The notes under the pieces: model-generated
What the model was told of the DNA's origin: nothing
The model's input: the letters and a program-made list of their open reading frames with translations, nothing else
Database searches by the model: none
From: an uncultured virus (IMG/VR IMGVR_UViG_3300050821_019438)
Lineage: Duplodnaviria; Heunggongvirae; Uroviricota; Caudoviricetes
Strand: one strand, 5' to 3'
DNA: 57,925 nucleotides
IMG/VR virus record: IMGVR_UViG_3300050821_019438
Shown: piece after piece, positions 17,100-25,617 of the stretch
Layout of the letters: each line of letters opens with the position of its first letter
Numbering within the stretch: position 1 is the first letter of the stretch
Program-made: the position numbers and the translations under genes

Positions 17100-17458
17100 A
17101 CCACTCCTTGAGCAATTTTCCGCAGCGCGTCTCTGCGCTGGCCGCTGTCGCTTTCGAGGTGTTGTTCGGCCAGCTCACGCACCCTCTTCAGCTCGGCGCG
17201 GAGCGACGCTTCGGTGTTGTCCACTACCGCGGGAGCCACTCGCAGGTCCGCCGCGAGTTTGACCTCGACGATTTGACGCGCGCAACCACCGCAGACGCTG
17301 TAGTTGACGGTGAAGACCGGCTTTTTGCCGGTATCCCAGATGAGACCCTTGGTGCACGAGATGTGGATCTCGTGCGTGGCCTGCTCTTTCGCACACGTCA
17401 TGCAGAGCGAGACGTTGTCGTCGAAGGGACCATTGGCGTTTTCGCTGAGCTTCTTCAT
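17096..17458 (-). CDS. Hypothetical Zn-binding protein
   Basis: CMTC...CGGC. Confidence 0.55.
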   Translation of the reverse strand: MKKLSENANGPFDDNVSLCMTCAKEQATHEIHISCTKGLIWDTGKKPVFTVNYSVCGGCARQIVEVKLAADLRVAPAVVDNTEASLRAELKRVRELAEQHLESDSGQRRDALRKIAQGVV

Positions 17459-17691
17459 GGCTTCTTCTCGTTGATTGGTTCTATCGCGGACCATCGTCCG
17501 TTGGTGACACGGGCTATTGTTTCGGCTGATGGTTCCCAATCGTCGGCAATCAAATCCTCGAACTGAAGACGGTAGACGAACTTCTCATCTTCCCAGGCGA
17601 TCCATCCGACAGTACCGTGCTTCGGATGGGCTCTCGATACGTGGCGCCCGCCGTTTGCCCGCGACCATTCCAGTGCTTCTTTGACGTTCAC
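17455..17691 (-). CDS. DUF2829/Tad2-like small protein
   Basis: MNVKEALEW...G.HVSR...EDLIADDWE matches the family's terminal signatures. Confidence 0.5.
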   Translation of the reverse strand: MNVKEALEWSRANGGRHVSRAHPKHGTVGWIAWEDEKFVYRLQFEDLIADDWEPSAETIARVTNGRWSAIEPINEKKP

Positions 17692-17901
17692 TCCCGCCTC
17701 TTCTCAAATACCTTCGCCAGCGCCGCGCTCTTGCGCTTTTCCTGCTCGACCTCGGCCTTGTGACCAAGCCAGCCGACGAGAGCCCCGAGGGCGAAGCAGA
17801 GGGCGAGGGTCATCGCGCGCTCACTCTCACGCCTGTTCGCGTCGCTGCGTAGAGTGTCCGGTGCTCGTTCGGCTGGCGGGACCTTTCGACGAATCCGAGC
17901 T

Positions 17902-18120
17902 TCACGAGCCCTCGTTTTCCGTCGGCAAGGTCGACCACCACGTGTGCCCGCAGTCGAGGCATTCCACGTGAGTCATCGTGCGGACGACGGCACCGGGACG
18001 CCGCTTACGATCCTTCGGAGGGTCGGGCATGGTACGCACGCCCTTCTCGGGGCGGTCGTATCCATACTTTCCGCGTTTGCAATTCGGGCATTTCGTGCAA
18101 ATGGGACGACCCTTACTCAT
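17902..18120 (-). CDS. Zn-ribbon hypothetical protein
   Basis: CPNC...CLDCGHTW. Confidence 0.6.
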   Translation of the reverse strand: MSKGRPICTKCPNCKRGKYGYDRPEKGVRTMPDPPKDRKRRPGAVVRTMTHVECLDCGHTWWSTLPTENEGS

Positions 18121-18317
18121 TCGGCCTCCTCAAATTTCTTGCACCCGCAGCCCTCTTCGTTGCACTCACTGGAGTCGTCGTCGAGGTCGTGGATTTTACA
18201 AGGATGCTTGCACGTACAGAGAATGTCGCAGTCGGCCGGGTCGCCCCAGTGACGACAGAACGGCCCGGTGTTCCATTCGCCGCTGTCTTCGGCCTCGCTG
18301 TCGTCCTCCTCGGGCAC
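18117..18317 (-). CDS. Cys-rich acidic hypothetical protein
   Basis: C.C.H....H...C....C.C..F. Confidence 0.5.
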   Translation of the reverse strand: MPEEDDSEAEDSGEWNTGPFCRHWGDPADCDILCTCKHPCKIHDLDDDSSECNEEGCGCKKFEEAE

Positions 18318-18577
18318 TAGACCCTGCCCTCGCGCTTCGCCTGCTCCTGCGCGTCGTGCTCGGCCTTGTCCCGGACCCGTACGAGGACCGGGTACTCCTT
18401 CATCCACCGGTAGATGCTCGCGCGGATGACGCCGAGCTCCTCGGCGGTCTCGGTGACGCTGCCGTCGTTGTTTCGGAGCGCTTCGGCAACGACGCCGAGA
18501 GCTTCGTCCTTGGCGCCGTCGTCGCCCGAGCGCGCGAGCAGGAAGAGCGCCGAAAGGCGCGGGTTACCGGAGGGCAT
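18317..18577 (-). CDS. Fis-type HTH DNA-binding protein
   Basis: ALRNNDGSVTETAEELGVIRASIYRWMKEY. Confidence 0.75.
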   Translation of the reverse strand: MPSGNPRLSALFLLARSGDDGAKDEALGVVAEALRNNDGSVTETAEELGVIRASIYRWMKEYPVLVRVRDKAEHDAQEQAKREGRV

Positions 18578-19656
18578 TAGCCGGTCCCTCGAGCATCGCG
18601 CTTCTCTCGCATCTTGCTGAGCTCGATGCGCGCCGCTTCGGCATGGAGCGTGTCGGAAACACGCTGGAGCCACGCCCGGAACTCGGGGCTGTAGACCGTC
18701 TCCTTCGACAGGTCGTAGAACTTGATGCCCATCTCGTTGAGCGGCGCGCTCGGAGCGTGAGGAGAGACCTTTGCCTTCATCGCCGGCTTGGGGAGCTGGT
18801 CCACGGGAATCAAGATCGGCGGCGTAGGGAACGCTGGCGGGGTGCCGATGTGGGTGCCGGCGTCGTGGGTGCCGTTTTTTCGCTCTGAGTGCAGGCGGTT
18901 ACCGACCGGCTGTACGTCCGGAAATGCCGGGCGAGTTGGCTCGCCGTCTCCGAGCCAGATGGCCGCGACGCCTCCGGTCGGATGCATTTCGATGGGAGCG
19001 TCGGCGCGTGTTTTGTAGCGCGCACGCATGGCGTCGTGATTGGTGATGTCGAGAGACGAGAACGCCCAGGCGTCTTGACCCATCTTGCTAGCTGCCGCGT
19101 AAGCTGCGTCCGACTCGGCGCGCTTGATAGCGGCGTTCCGAGCGGTCGCCTCACTCTCCGCGTCGAAGTCACGGACGCTGTGGTCGTTCAGGCCAGTACC
19201 TCCAGCGAAAGCGACCGCGCCCTCTTTCGTCGGCTCGCCCGGCGTCTGCGCTTTGGCGTACTCGGCCGCGCGCTGCTCGACACCAAGCCGAGCCTGTAGG
19301 CCCTTCAGAAACTCGCTCCCGGGTCCCTGGTCGACGGGCATGTACTCGGGGAATGCCTCGATCGTCGGCTCGCCGTCGCCGGACCAGACCGCCCAGACAC
19401 CGTCCTTGTGCGTCACGGCGGCCGTGTCGGGCTGGCTGAAGAACTTCCGGATGAAGGAGACCTCACCGCCGGCCTCGGTGATGTCCTGGCGGGTCACGTT
19501 CTCGCCGGTGAGCGACAGGTACTGCCACTTGCGCTTTTTCGCGATGGTGCGGATGTGTCCCATCGCACCGAGCGTGCGCTCCACAGGGTACTGCTCTTCT
19601 TTGGCTCCGGCAGTCGGGTCGATCTTGTCTTCGGGGAAGATTTCGGTGGTCGTCAT
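18577..19656 (-). CDS. Hypothetical protein with internal domain duplication
   Basis: GVWAVWSGDGEPTIEAFPEYMPV vs GVAAIWLGDGEPTRPAFPDVQPV. Confidence 0.65.
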   Translation of the reverse strand: MTTTEIFPEDKIDPTAGAKEEQYPVERTLGAMGHIRTIAKKRKWQYLSLTGENVTRQDITEAGGEVSFIRKFFSQPDTAAVTHKDGVWAVWSGDGEPTIEAFPEYMPVDQGPGSEFLKGLQARLGVEQRAAEYAKAQTPGEPTKEGAVAFAGGTGLNDHSVRDFDAESEATARNAAIKRAESDAAYAAASKMGQDAWAFSSLDITNHDAMRARYKTRADAPIEMHPTGGVAAIWLGDGEPTRPAFPDVQPVGNRLHSERKNGTHDAGTHIGTPPAFPTPPILIPVDQLPKPAMKAKVSPHAPSAPLNEMGIKFYDLSKETVYSPEFRAWLQRVSDTLHAEAARIELSKMREKRDARGTG

Positions 19657-19674
19657 GGGGCTGACTCGTCTTTC

Positions 19675-19703
19675 GTAATACGCGTGTGTGCAGGTCGAAT
19701 CAA
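19675..19703 (-). promoter_or_regulatory. Possible sigma70 promoter
   Basis: TTGATT-N17-TATTAC in the intergenic gap. Confidence 0.4.
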
Positions 19704-19715
19704 GAACTTCGTGGG

Positions 19716-20090
19716 CTACTTCTTGCGAGGCTTTGCGGCAGGCTTCGGAGGGGCAGGCGCGGCGGCGATTCGCGCACCGCTGGTACGGGCGGCCTGGCGC
19801 TTGACCATTTCCTCTCGGATTTCCTTCAAGGTGTCGATGGCCTCGTCGACGTCTTCGATGGAAAGGGCGATGGCGACGTCCTTCGTGTTGCCTTTTTCGT
19901 CTTCCTCGACGACGAGCACTTCGTCGTGTACCGGACTGTCGGCGTCTGCGGGACACTCGACGATCTCGAAGACGAGACCGTTTTCGGTCTCCCAGGACTC
20001 GTTCTCGTCCTCCTCGTCGCCCTCTTCTTCTTCTTCGTCGCCTTCCTCGTCCAGCTCTTCCTCGTGCGGGTCGTCAATCACGTCACTCAT
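19716..20090 (-). CDS. Highly acidic hypothetical protein
   Basis: D/E tract at N-terminus, basic C-tail; AAGGAG RBS. Confidence 0.7.
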   Translation of the reverse strand: MSDVIDDPHEEELDEEGDEEEEEGDEEDENESWETENGLVFEIVECPADADSPVHDEVLVVEEDEKGNTKDVAIALSIEDVDEAIDTLKEIREEMVKRQAARTSGARIAAAPAPPKPAAKPRKK

Positions 20091-20169
20091 GGGATTCTCC
20101 TTTTGGGGTCGGACCAGGCGATAGAGCCCGGCGGCAGAAGTACATCGGCGCGGCGTCGCAGGTGCGTCA

Positions 20170-20547
20170 TCAGTATTCGCCGCCTATCAAGTCGAACACA
20201 CCGATCAGGTCGTGGCCGTTTTTGTACGGGATGGGATTGATGGTCACTTGAATCTTCGTTGGAGGGACCGTTTGCCAGCGTAAAAACGTGTCCTGTTCCA
20301 GATCGCAGTGAATGCCGTAGTCCAAACCTAGGGAGGTATCCGGATCCTGTTCGGGGGAAATGACGGATTCCAGTAGCAGAAATTCTTCGTTGGGCGCCAG
20401 ACTCGCCCAGGGCGGCGCCGGAGTCTGTGCTCGGTAGTACAATCGCCATATGAGCTGAATCGGCGAGATGTTCTTTACGCGAACGGTCCCGACGTGAACG
20501 GGACCTTCGAACTCTCCTCTTTCGTCACATTGCGTTTGCGAGATCAT
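20170..20547 (-). CDS. Hypothetical protein
   Basis: GAGGAG RBS; beta-rich sequence. Confidence 0.55.
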   Translation of the reverse strand: MISQTQCDERGEFEGPVHVGTVRVKNISPIQLIWRLYYRAQTPAPPWASLAPNEEFLLLESVISPEQDPDTSLGLDYGIHCDLEQDTFLRWQTVPPTKIQVTINPIPYKNGHDLIGVFDLIGGEY

Positions 20548-20873
20548 GCTCTCCTCGTTATTCGCGTTCCTGGCATCTGCGGCACGCGAGGCGGCACGCG
20601 CAGCGCCCAACAGAGGTTCTTGACGTTGGCGTTGGATTTGTCGCCGTCGAGGAACTTGCAGCGGTAGCGGAGCGAAGGCCGGCGGCTGACGAAAGCTTCG
20701 AGGACGATCACATTTACCCTGCGGTCATGTGCCTTGCCGTCGCGAATGAGCCGCACGCGTTGGAAGCCGTAATTGGCGACGGCGGCGATGCGCAGGCCGG
20801 TGAGCTTGCTACGCACGAGCCCTTCGTTCGAGACCTCGTACGCGGGAAAGTCTACGACGGGTTTCCAGATCAT
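20544..20873 (-). CDS. NUMOD4-HNH endonuclease-like protein, catalytically degenerate
   Basis: WKPVVDFPAYEVSNEGLVRS (NUMOD4); KFLDGDKSNANVKNLCW lacks the usual His. Confidence 0.75.
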   Translation of the reverse strand: MIWKPVVDFPAYEVSNEGLVRSKLTGLRIAAVANYGFQRVRLIRDGKAHDRRVNVIVLEAFVSRRPSLRYRCKFLDGDKSNANVKNLCWALRVPPRVPQMPGTRITRRA

Positions 20874-21130
20874 TTGGGCACCTTGGTGGGGTCGACCGCT
20901 TTTCGCCACCGTCGGTCGAGGTCCGCGGCAATCCAGTTGAGGTGCGTGTAGTCGTCAATGGTTTTGGCGCGGGCACTCTCGACACGGCAGAGATGCGCGA
21001 GGTCGCCGAGAAGTCGAGGACTCAGCTCGGGTGCGCGCGTGACCGGGATAACCGGTCCAGTTGCAGGAACCGTCTTGAAGTGCGCGCGGATGTGCGGCAC
21101 CGGCAGTTGAGGGAAGGCAAAATCTTTCAC
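20870..21130 (-). CDS. Hypothetical protein
   Basis: Overlapping start/stop codons with both neighbours. Confidence 0.55.
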   Translation of the reverse strand: MKDFAFPQLPVPHIRAHFKTVPATGPVIPVTRAPELSPRLLGDLAHLCRVESARAKTIDDYTHLNWIAADLDRRWRKAVDPTKVPK

Positions 21131-21693
21131 GGGTCCTCACACGTCACGAGCGGAGCGCCGCCGACCATACTGCACCCGGCGTAGACTTGGGTCGATTTGC
21201 AGAGCTGCGAGACGATCGTCACGGATGCTTCGATGCAAGAGCAGTCGTACGTGCTCTTGCACTGGCACTCTGCCGGCGTTGCAGCGAGCGTGCTGACGCC
21301 CGACGTGCTGTCGTAGACGCAGTAGTTGGTAGGGGTCGTGGACGCCGCCGTCATGTCGGGACATAGAACCGTCGCGGTCCCGAACGGCGTGCAGCCGGTA
21401 TCCGGCGGCGGAGCCGCCTCTTTGGGAGGTGTCGCGTCTTTGGGTGCGTCATGGCCGGCGTCGACCGGTGGTAGGACGACGTCGTGGCTAGCGTCGGTCA
21501 CGTCGACCGTGGGTGCGTCGACCGGCGGCGCCGCTTCGCCCTTCGCGTCCCGAGTGTCCGAAGCGTCCTTGTCGGCTTCTGGCGTAGACCCCTCGGGTCG
21601 GTTCGCTTCGGATCCACTTTCGGGCACGAGGTGGTGTCCGGTTTCGAATGGAGAGCCGCAGGCGGCGAGACAGAGAAAAAGTACGTACCTCAT
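21127..21693 (-). CDS. Lipoprotein with D/A/P-rich linker and Cys-rich C-domain (myxobacterial style)
   Basis: Lipobox LAAC-GSPF; DA/EA repeats; about 8 C-terminal Cys. Confidence 0.75.
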   Translation of the reverse strand: MRYVLFLCLAACGSPFETGHHLVPESGSEANRPEGSTPEADKDASDTRDAKGEAAPPVDAPTVDVTDASHDVVLPPVDAGHDAPKDATPPKEAAPPPDTGCTPFGTATVLCPDMTAASTTPTNYCVYDSTSGVSTLAATPAECQCKSTYDCSCIEASVTIVSQLCKSTQVYAGCSMVGGAPLVTCEDP

Positions 21694-22013
21694 CGCTTTA
21701 CCTTTCTCATCTCGGACCAGTTGCTGACCAGCTCGCCGAACGTCGCGCGCAGTGTCGGCTTGCCGGCGGCTCGGTCCTGCTCGTCTTGCTTGCGCTTGTC
21801 CATGAGCGCCTGGTGGGCTGCGCGCTCGACACGCTCCGCAGCAATCTTGCGAGCGCGCTTCTCGCCGTCTTCGAGAGCCTGGACGAGAATGGCGTCTTCT
21901 TCATGTCTGGAGAGCCTCGCTCCTTTGCCGAGCTTGGCGAGTCGCGCTTCGCGCAGGTTGAGCGCGTGTTCGGTCATCCATTCAATATCGGCGGGGGTCG
22001 GATCGAAGCTCAT
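21690..22013 (-). CDS. Hypothetical protein
   Basis: MSFDPTPADIEW...; ATGA overlap. Confidence 0.55.
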   Translation of the reverse strand: MSFDPTPADIEWMTEHALNLREARLAKLGKGARLSRHEEDAILVQALEDGEKRARKIAAERVERAAHQALMDKRKQDEQDRAAGKPTLRATFGELVSNWSEMRKVKR

Positions 22014-22465
22014 GATCCCATCCCCAGCATCGGCGGCATCTTGCCGGTCCGGTACGCTTCGTCGATATGCGGGATGACGGTCTCGCCCACGGTCCGGCCA
22101 TCCGGTAAGACGGTTTGCATACCAAATTCGTGCTCGAACAGTGCCACGCCGCTTTCGACGGCCTCGAGTTTGGCTTTGATGACGAGCGCGAGCGCCCGCC
22201 ACTGTGAGCGGCAGCCCTGTTCCCAGGCCAGCTCGATCATGTCGGCCTTGTGACGAGTCTTCCCCTCGGGGGTCTTCGTGTACTCGTCCTTCGGCGGCAG
22301 CGGCAGGATGAACTTGATGCGGCGCTTGTGCGCTTCGAAGAGGACGGTCGCTCGGGTGTCGTCCCATCCGGAGGCGAAGCACGTGGCGCCGTAGCGCCGG
22401 AGAATGCGCTCGATTTCCATCTTGCTCTTCTCGACGGAGACGGACGTGTTCTCGGCGTACTTCAC
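22010..22465 (-). CDS. Phage-type hypothetical protein
   Basis: YAENTSVSVEKSKMEIERILRRYGA...WRALALVIKAKLEAVESG..FEHEF. Confidence 0.8.
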   Translation of the reverse strand: MKYAENTSVSVEKSKMEIERILRRYGATCFASGWDDTRATVLFEAHKRRIKFILPLPPKDEYTKTPEGKTRHKADMIELAWEQGCRSQWRALALVIKAKLEAVESGVALFEHEFGMQTVLPDGRTVGETVIPHIDEAYRTGKMPPMLGMGS

Positions 22466-23193
22466 TTGAGACCTCGTAGCGTATCGAGAGTAGTGGTGGT
22501 GAGACCTCGTAGAGCGTCGAGAACGAGACAGGCGAACTTCGCCTCGCGCTCGGTCAGACCAATCTCAGCACCGTCAGCGGTCGCCTTAGAGGCGACGATG
22601 TTGCCGACGATGAAGCTGTTGGTACCGTTGGGGAGATTCGGCTTCAGGCCGAGCGCGGGGTTGGCGCCGTTCTCGTTGATGTAGCAGTGGATCCCTTCCG
22701 ATCGCAGGGCCGAGGGTCGGAAGAGCTCCAGGTCGCCGGCCACTTCCTTCTGGGGCGCTTCCAACGTGTCCGGGACCATTTTGACGATGGCGCGGGTCCG
22801 CGGTGCGGCGACCACGATGCGGATCTCCTTGAACAGCTGGGGGTGAGTCGTGACACGTGAATTGGTTCGGATGACGCCGTAGGGCTTGGTCATTTCGACT
22901 CTCTTTCTTTGCGCAGCTCGGCGCGAGTGACTTTCCCGTCTTCGGTGAGCGCGTTCCAGCCCTCTTGGAGAAGACGGAATGCCGTAGGCGATGTCGGGAT
23001 CATGAATCGTGCGACAGTTGGGACACGATGCCGACACGATGAGCCGGTCGATAGCCTCGCGACCCAGGGAGATGCGGCACGCGCGGACCTCAGCGTCGGT
23101 CGGCGTGTCGATCTTCGCGAGCGCAGCGTGGACGACGCGGCGTGCGCGAATGCGGCTGAGGAGGAAGGGTCCTAGAAGACGGCCGGCGCTCAT
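22462..23193 (-). CDS. Hypothetical protein with DUF3846-like C-domain (possible internal start at 22893)
   Basis: TLEAPQKEVAGDLE...INENG...L.PN...IVGNIV...GLT. Confidence 0.5.
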   Translation of the reverse strand: MSAGRLLGPFLLSRIRARRVVHAALAKIDTPTDAEVRACRISLGREAIDRLIVSASCPNCRTIHDPDIAYGIPSSPRGLERAHRRRESHSRRAAQRKRVEMTKPYGVIRTNSRVTTHPQLFKEIRIVVAAPRTRAIVKMVPDTLEAPQKEVAGDLELFRPSALRSEGIHCYINENGANPALGLKPNLPNGTNSFIVGNIVASKATADGAEIGLTEREAKFACLVLDALRGLTTTTLDTLRGLK

Positions 23194-23537
23194 CGACGTG
23201 TCTCGGTAGGATGTGTGTCGTTCTCGTCCCAATACTCCGCCCACGTCTCGTACGGCTCCAGCGGGCGTGCGAGAGGTTTGCAGCCGTGTTGCACGAGCCA
23301 CTCGCTGAACTCTTCGTCTGACAGCTTGACGTGTAAGTCGTAGTTTCGTCGAATGAGATCCTCGCGAGCAGCAAGATTCTTGTGCTCCCATTGAATGGGA
23401 TCTTGCTCTCGAAGCAAGTCCAGATACGTTTTGCCCTCCGGTAGCGTCGGGGGGACTCCGATGGCGCGACCTTTTCGCGAGAGCTGAACTGCTCCTCGGG
23501 CGATGTAGTCGGCAATCTTCGCTTTGATGTCGTTCAT
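23190..23537 (-). CDS. Hypothetical protein
   Basis: MNDIKAKIA...; ATGA overlap. Confidence 0.55.
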   Translation of the reverse strand: MNDIKAKIADYIARGAVQLSRKGRAIGVPPTLPEGKTYLDLLREQDPIQWEHKNLAAREDLIRRNYDLHVKLSDEEFSEWLVQHGCKPLARPLEPYETWAEYWDENDTHPTETRR

Positions 23538-23785
23538 AGTCCCGTCTTCCTGAGCGCCGCCGAGGCAAGTCCGTTGATTTGCCGGAGCACGAACTTCGCG
23601 CCGGACGCACTCAGCTCGGCCGTCTTCTTTCCTGTGGCCGTCTCGATGGTCCGCAGCACCTTGACGCATTCGGCGAGCTGAGCTTTCTCGTCGGCATTCA
23701 CCCCTTGAACCTCCGACAAGATTTCGACGATGCCTTTCGCGTGGAGGAGTGCCGTTCCGATTCGCTGGTGGGCAAGGCGACTCAT
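23534..23785 (-). CDS. Hypothetical helical protein
   Basis: 83-aa ORF in operon. Confidence 0.55.
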   Translation of the reverse strand: MSRLAHQRIGTALLHAKGIVEILSEVQGVNADEKAQLAECVKVLRTIETATGKKTAELSASGAKFVLRQINGLASAALRKTGL

Positions 23786-24180
23786 TAGAACCCCATTCTT
23801 GATTGAATGGGCTCTGGAATGGGCTCGGTGGCGGGGGCAGGCTTCTCCGTCTCGTCTCTTTCCTCACCGTCGGCGAGCACCGTGTTGCACTTTTTGCACG
23901 CCACCTGTGTCCAGCCGATGTCCCCGTCGCCGCCGAACTCGGAGGAAGCCATTTCGTCGAAGGTGACCTCGTTGTCGCCTTCGATGGACATGTCGCGCGT
24001 CATGCACGAGTATTCCGCGCCCCACATGGCGCCCGGTTGCGTCAGGTCCGCTCCACACTCTTTGTTGGGGCAGACTGACGGGAACTCGACGACGCGGTGC
24101 TTGTAGACGATGTCCACCACCATGACGCTGAGGGTGATGGGTTTCGGCGCGGCGGGCTTCTTCATGTTCGACCTTTTCAT
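23785..24180 (-). CDS. Zn-binding hypothetical protein
   Basis: CPNKEC...CKKC. Confidence 0.6.
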   Translation of the reverse strand: MKRSNMKKPAAPKPITLSVMVVDIVYKHRVVEFPSVCPNKECGADLTQPGAMWGAEYSCMTRDMSIEGDNEVTFDEMASSEFGGDGDIGWTQVACKKCNTVLADGEERDETEKPAPATEPIPEPIQSRMGF

Positions 24181-25148
24181 GCTTTCCCTCCTCGAATAGC
24201 CACAAGTCGTGGTTTGCCTGCTGGTGTGGCTACACCTGCGGTGCTAATGAGCCATTGCCGCGCCATGTCGGCCCATTCGCCGTGGGGCAACAGGTCGATA
24301 TAGCTCTGCCAGTGACCGCGCGCGGCGCTTACGTTGCCTGTTTCGTCCAGCGCGACGGCGAGATTGTAGTGAATGTCCGCTAAGAGCTGTTTATCCAGCG
24401 TTGCGCCGGACTGCGTAAGCCCGAAAATGTACAGCGCTTGCTCGTAATGCCGTACGGCTTTCGTAGGAGTGCCGTTTTCGGCGTAGACACAGCCGATATT
24501 GTAATAAGGCTCCACCTGTTTGCCGTCGATCCGGAGCGCGGTCTGGTAGCATTCGATGGCCTCGAACGAATCGCGACGACGGTGCCGGAGGTTTCCGAGG
24601 TTGATCCACGCTTCGGAAAAGCGCGGGTCCAGGCTGAGAGCCTTGCGATAGAGCTTCTCAGCGTCTTCGTACGTCTTCGGGTCCGAGTCCAGCTCCGACG
24701 CGCGGTTGAATGCCTCGGTCGCGCCCACGTGATCGAATTGACCGTGGACGACGTTACCGTCCGGTGGCGGTAGCTTTGCTTGTCTCGCGACGTGCTGGCA
24801 GTTACCGCAGTCGGCCGTCGTGCCCGCCGGTTGCTGACAGAACTTGCAAAGAGGATGACCGGGTGGCGGTTGCGGTTGGCCTATCTCGGCGTCGATGTAG
24901 ACCGGGATGGATAGGTGACATTCGTTGCAGAGGACCGGTCCGGTCCAGCCGTGCGAGCCCTCTTCCCAGACGTCGACCTCATCGGAGCTGATGTCCGTGT
25001 CGAGTGGCATGCAGTCGGAGCAAAGAAAACCGGCGGTACCAGCACGACGTGAGCCGTCCGGTAGTGCGATGAAGATGCCCTTGAACCGCGCGCGACGCTG
25101 GCGGTCCGTGAGCGGTTTGGTCTCGCCGGGGAAGAGACGTTTTTTCAT
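24177..25148 (-). CDS. TPR-repeat protein with N-terminal Cys clusters
   Basis: AEKLYRKALSLDP..EAWINLGNL, YYNIGCVY, HYNLAVAL. Confidence 0.85.
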   Translation of the reverse strand: MKKRLFPGETKPLTDRQRRARFKGIFIALPDGSRRAGTAGFLCSDCMPLDTDISSDEVDVWEEGSHGWTGPVLCNECHLSIPVYIDAEIGQPQPPPGHPLCKFCQQPAGTTADCGNCQHVARQAKLPPPDGNVVHGQFDHVGATEAFNRASELDSDPKTYEDAEKLYRKALSLDPRFSEAWINLGNLRHRRRDSFEAIECYQTALRIDGKQVEPYYNIGCVYAENGTPTKAVRHYEQALYIFGLTQSGATLDKQLLADIHYNLAVALDETGNVSAARGHWQSYIDLLPHGEWADMARQWLISTAGVATPAGKPRLVAIRGGKA

Positions 25149-25429
25149 GACCTCGCGGCAAACGCCGCCTCCTGCACGAACACGTGCCAGACGAATGGCG
25201 GTATGTGTACCGTGCCGACGAACCGCGCGCCGTCCGAGGTAACGTGGTCGGCCGGATTACCCGTGCCGACGATATAGAACTTGACCGGTACCTTTCCCTT
25301 TGTTTCGTCGACGCCAGCCCATACGAACAATTGACCGTTCTGCGCGCCGACCGAAAGTGCGTGATGGTTGCTCGGCATGAGCACGTCTTGTTCGTCCGTG
25401 ATGTCGAGCGAGTACTTGAAGATTTTCAC
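25145..25429 (-). CDS. Small phage-type protein
   Basis: KIFKY.L...MP....LSV..Q...L.VWA.VD...VGTG...FVGTV...FVWHVF. Confidence 0.75.
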   Translation of the reverse strand: MKIFKYSLDITDEQDVLMPSNHHALSVGAQNGQLFVWAGVDETKGKVPVKFYIVGTGNPADHVTSDGARFVGTVHIPPFVWHVFVQEAAFAARS

Positions 25430-25617
25430 GGCTGGCGCTTCTTCGTCGAAACACGTCTGTTACCGTCCCCCTCGAATTGGGCCAAGTTTTGAATGAAGCG
25501 AATGTCTTGGCGATCCTCGCGTACGCGAAAGCCCTTGTTGCGGCCGGTCTGAGGGATGGGGCGCTGGCCGAAGATTTCCCGGATGGTGTTCCAGAGAATG
25601 GCGTCTTCGCGGGTCAT
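25426..25617 (-). CDS. Hypothetical protein
   Basis: Overlapping start/stop codons. Confidence 0.5.
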   Translation of the reverse strand: MTREDAILWNTIREIFGQRPIPQTGRNKGFRVREDRQDIRFIQNLAQFEGDGNRRVSTKKRQP

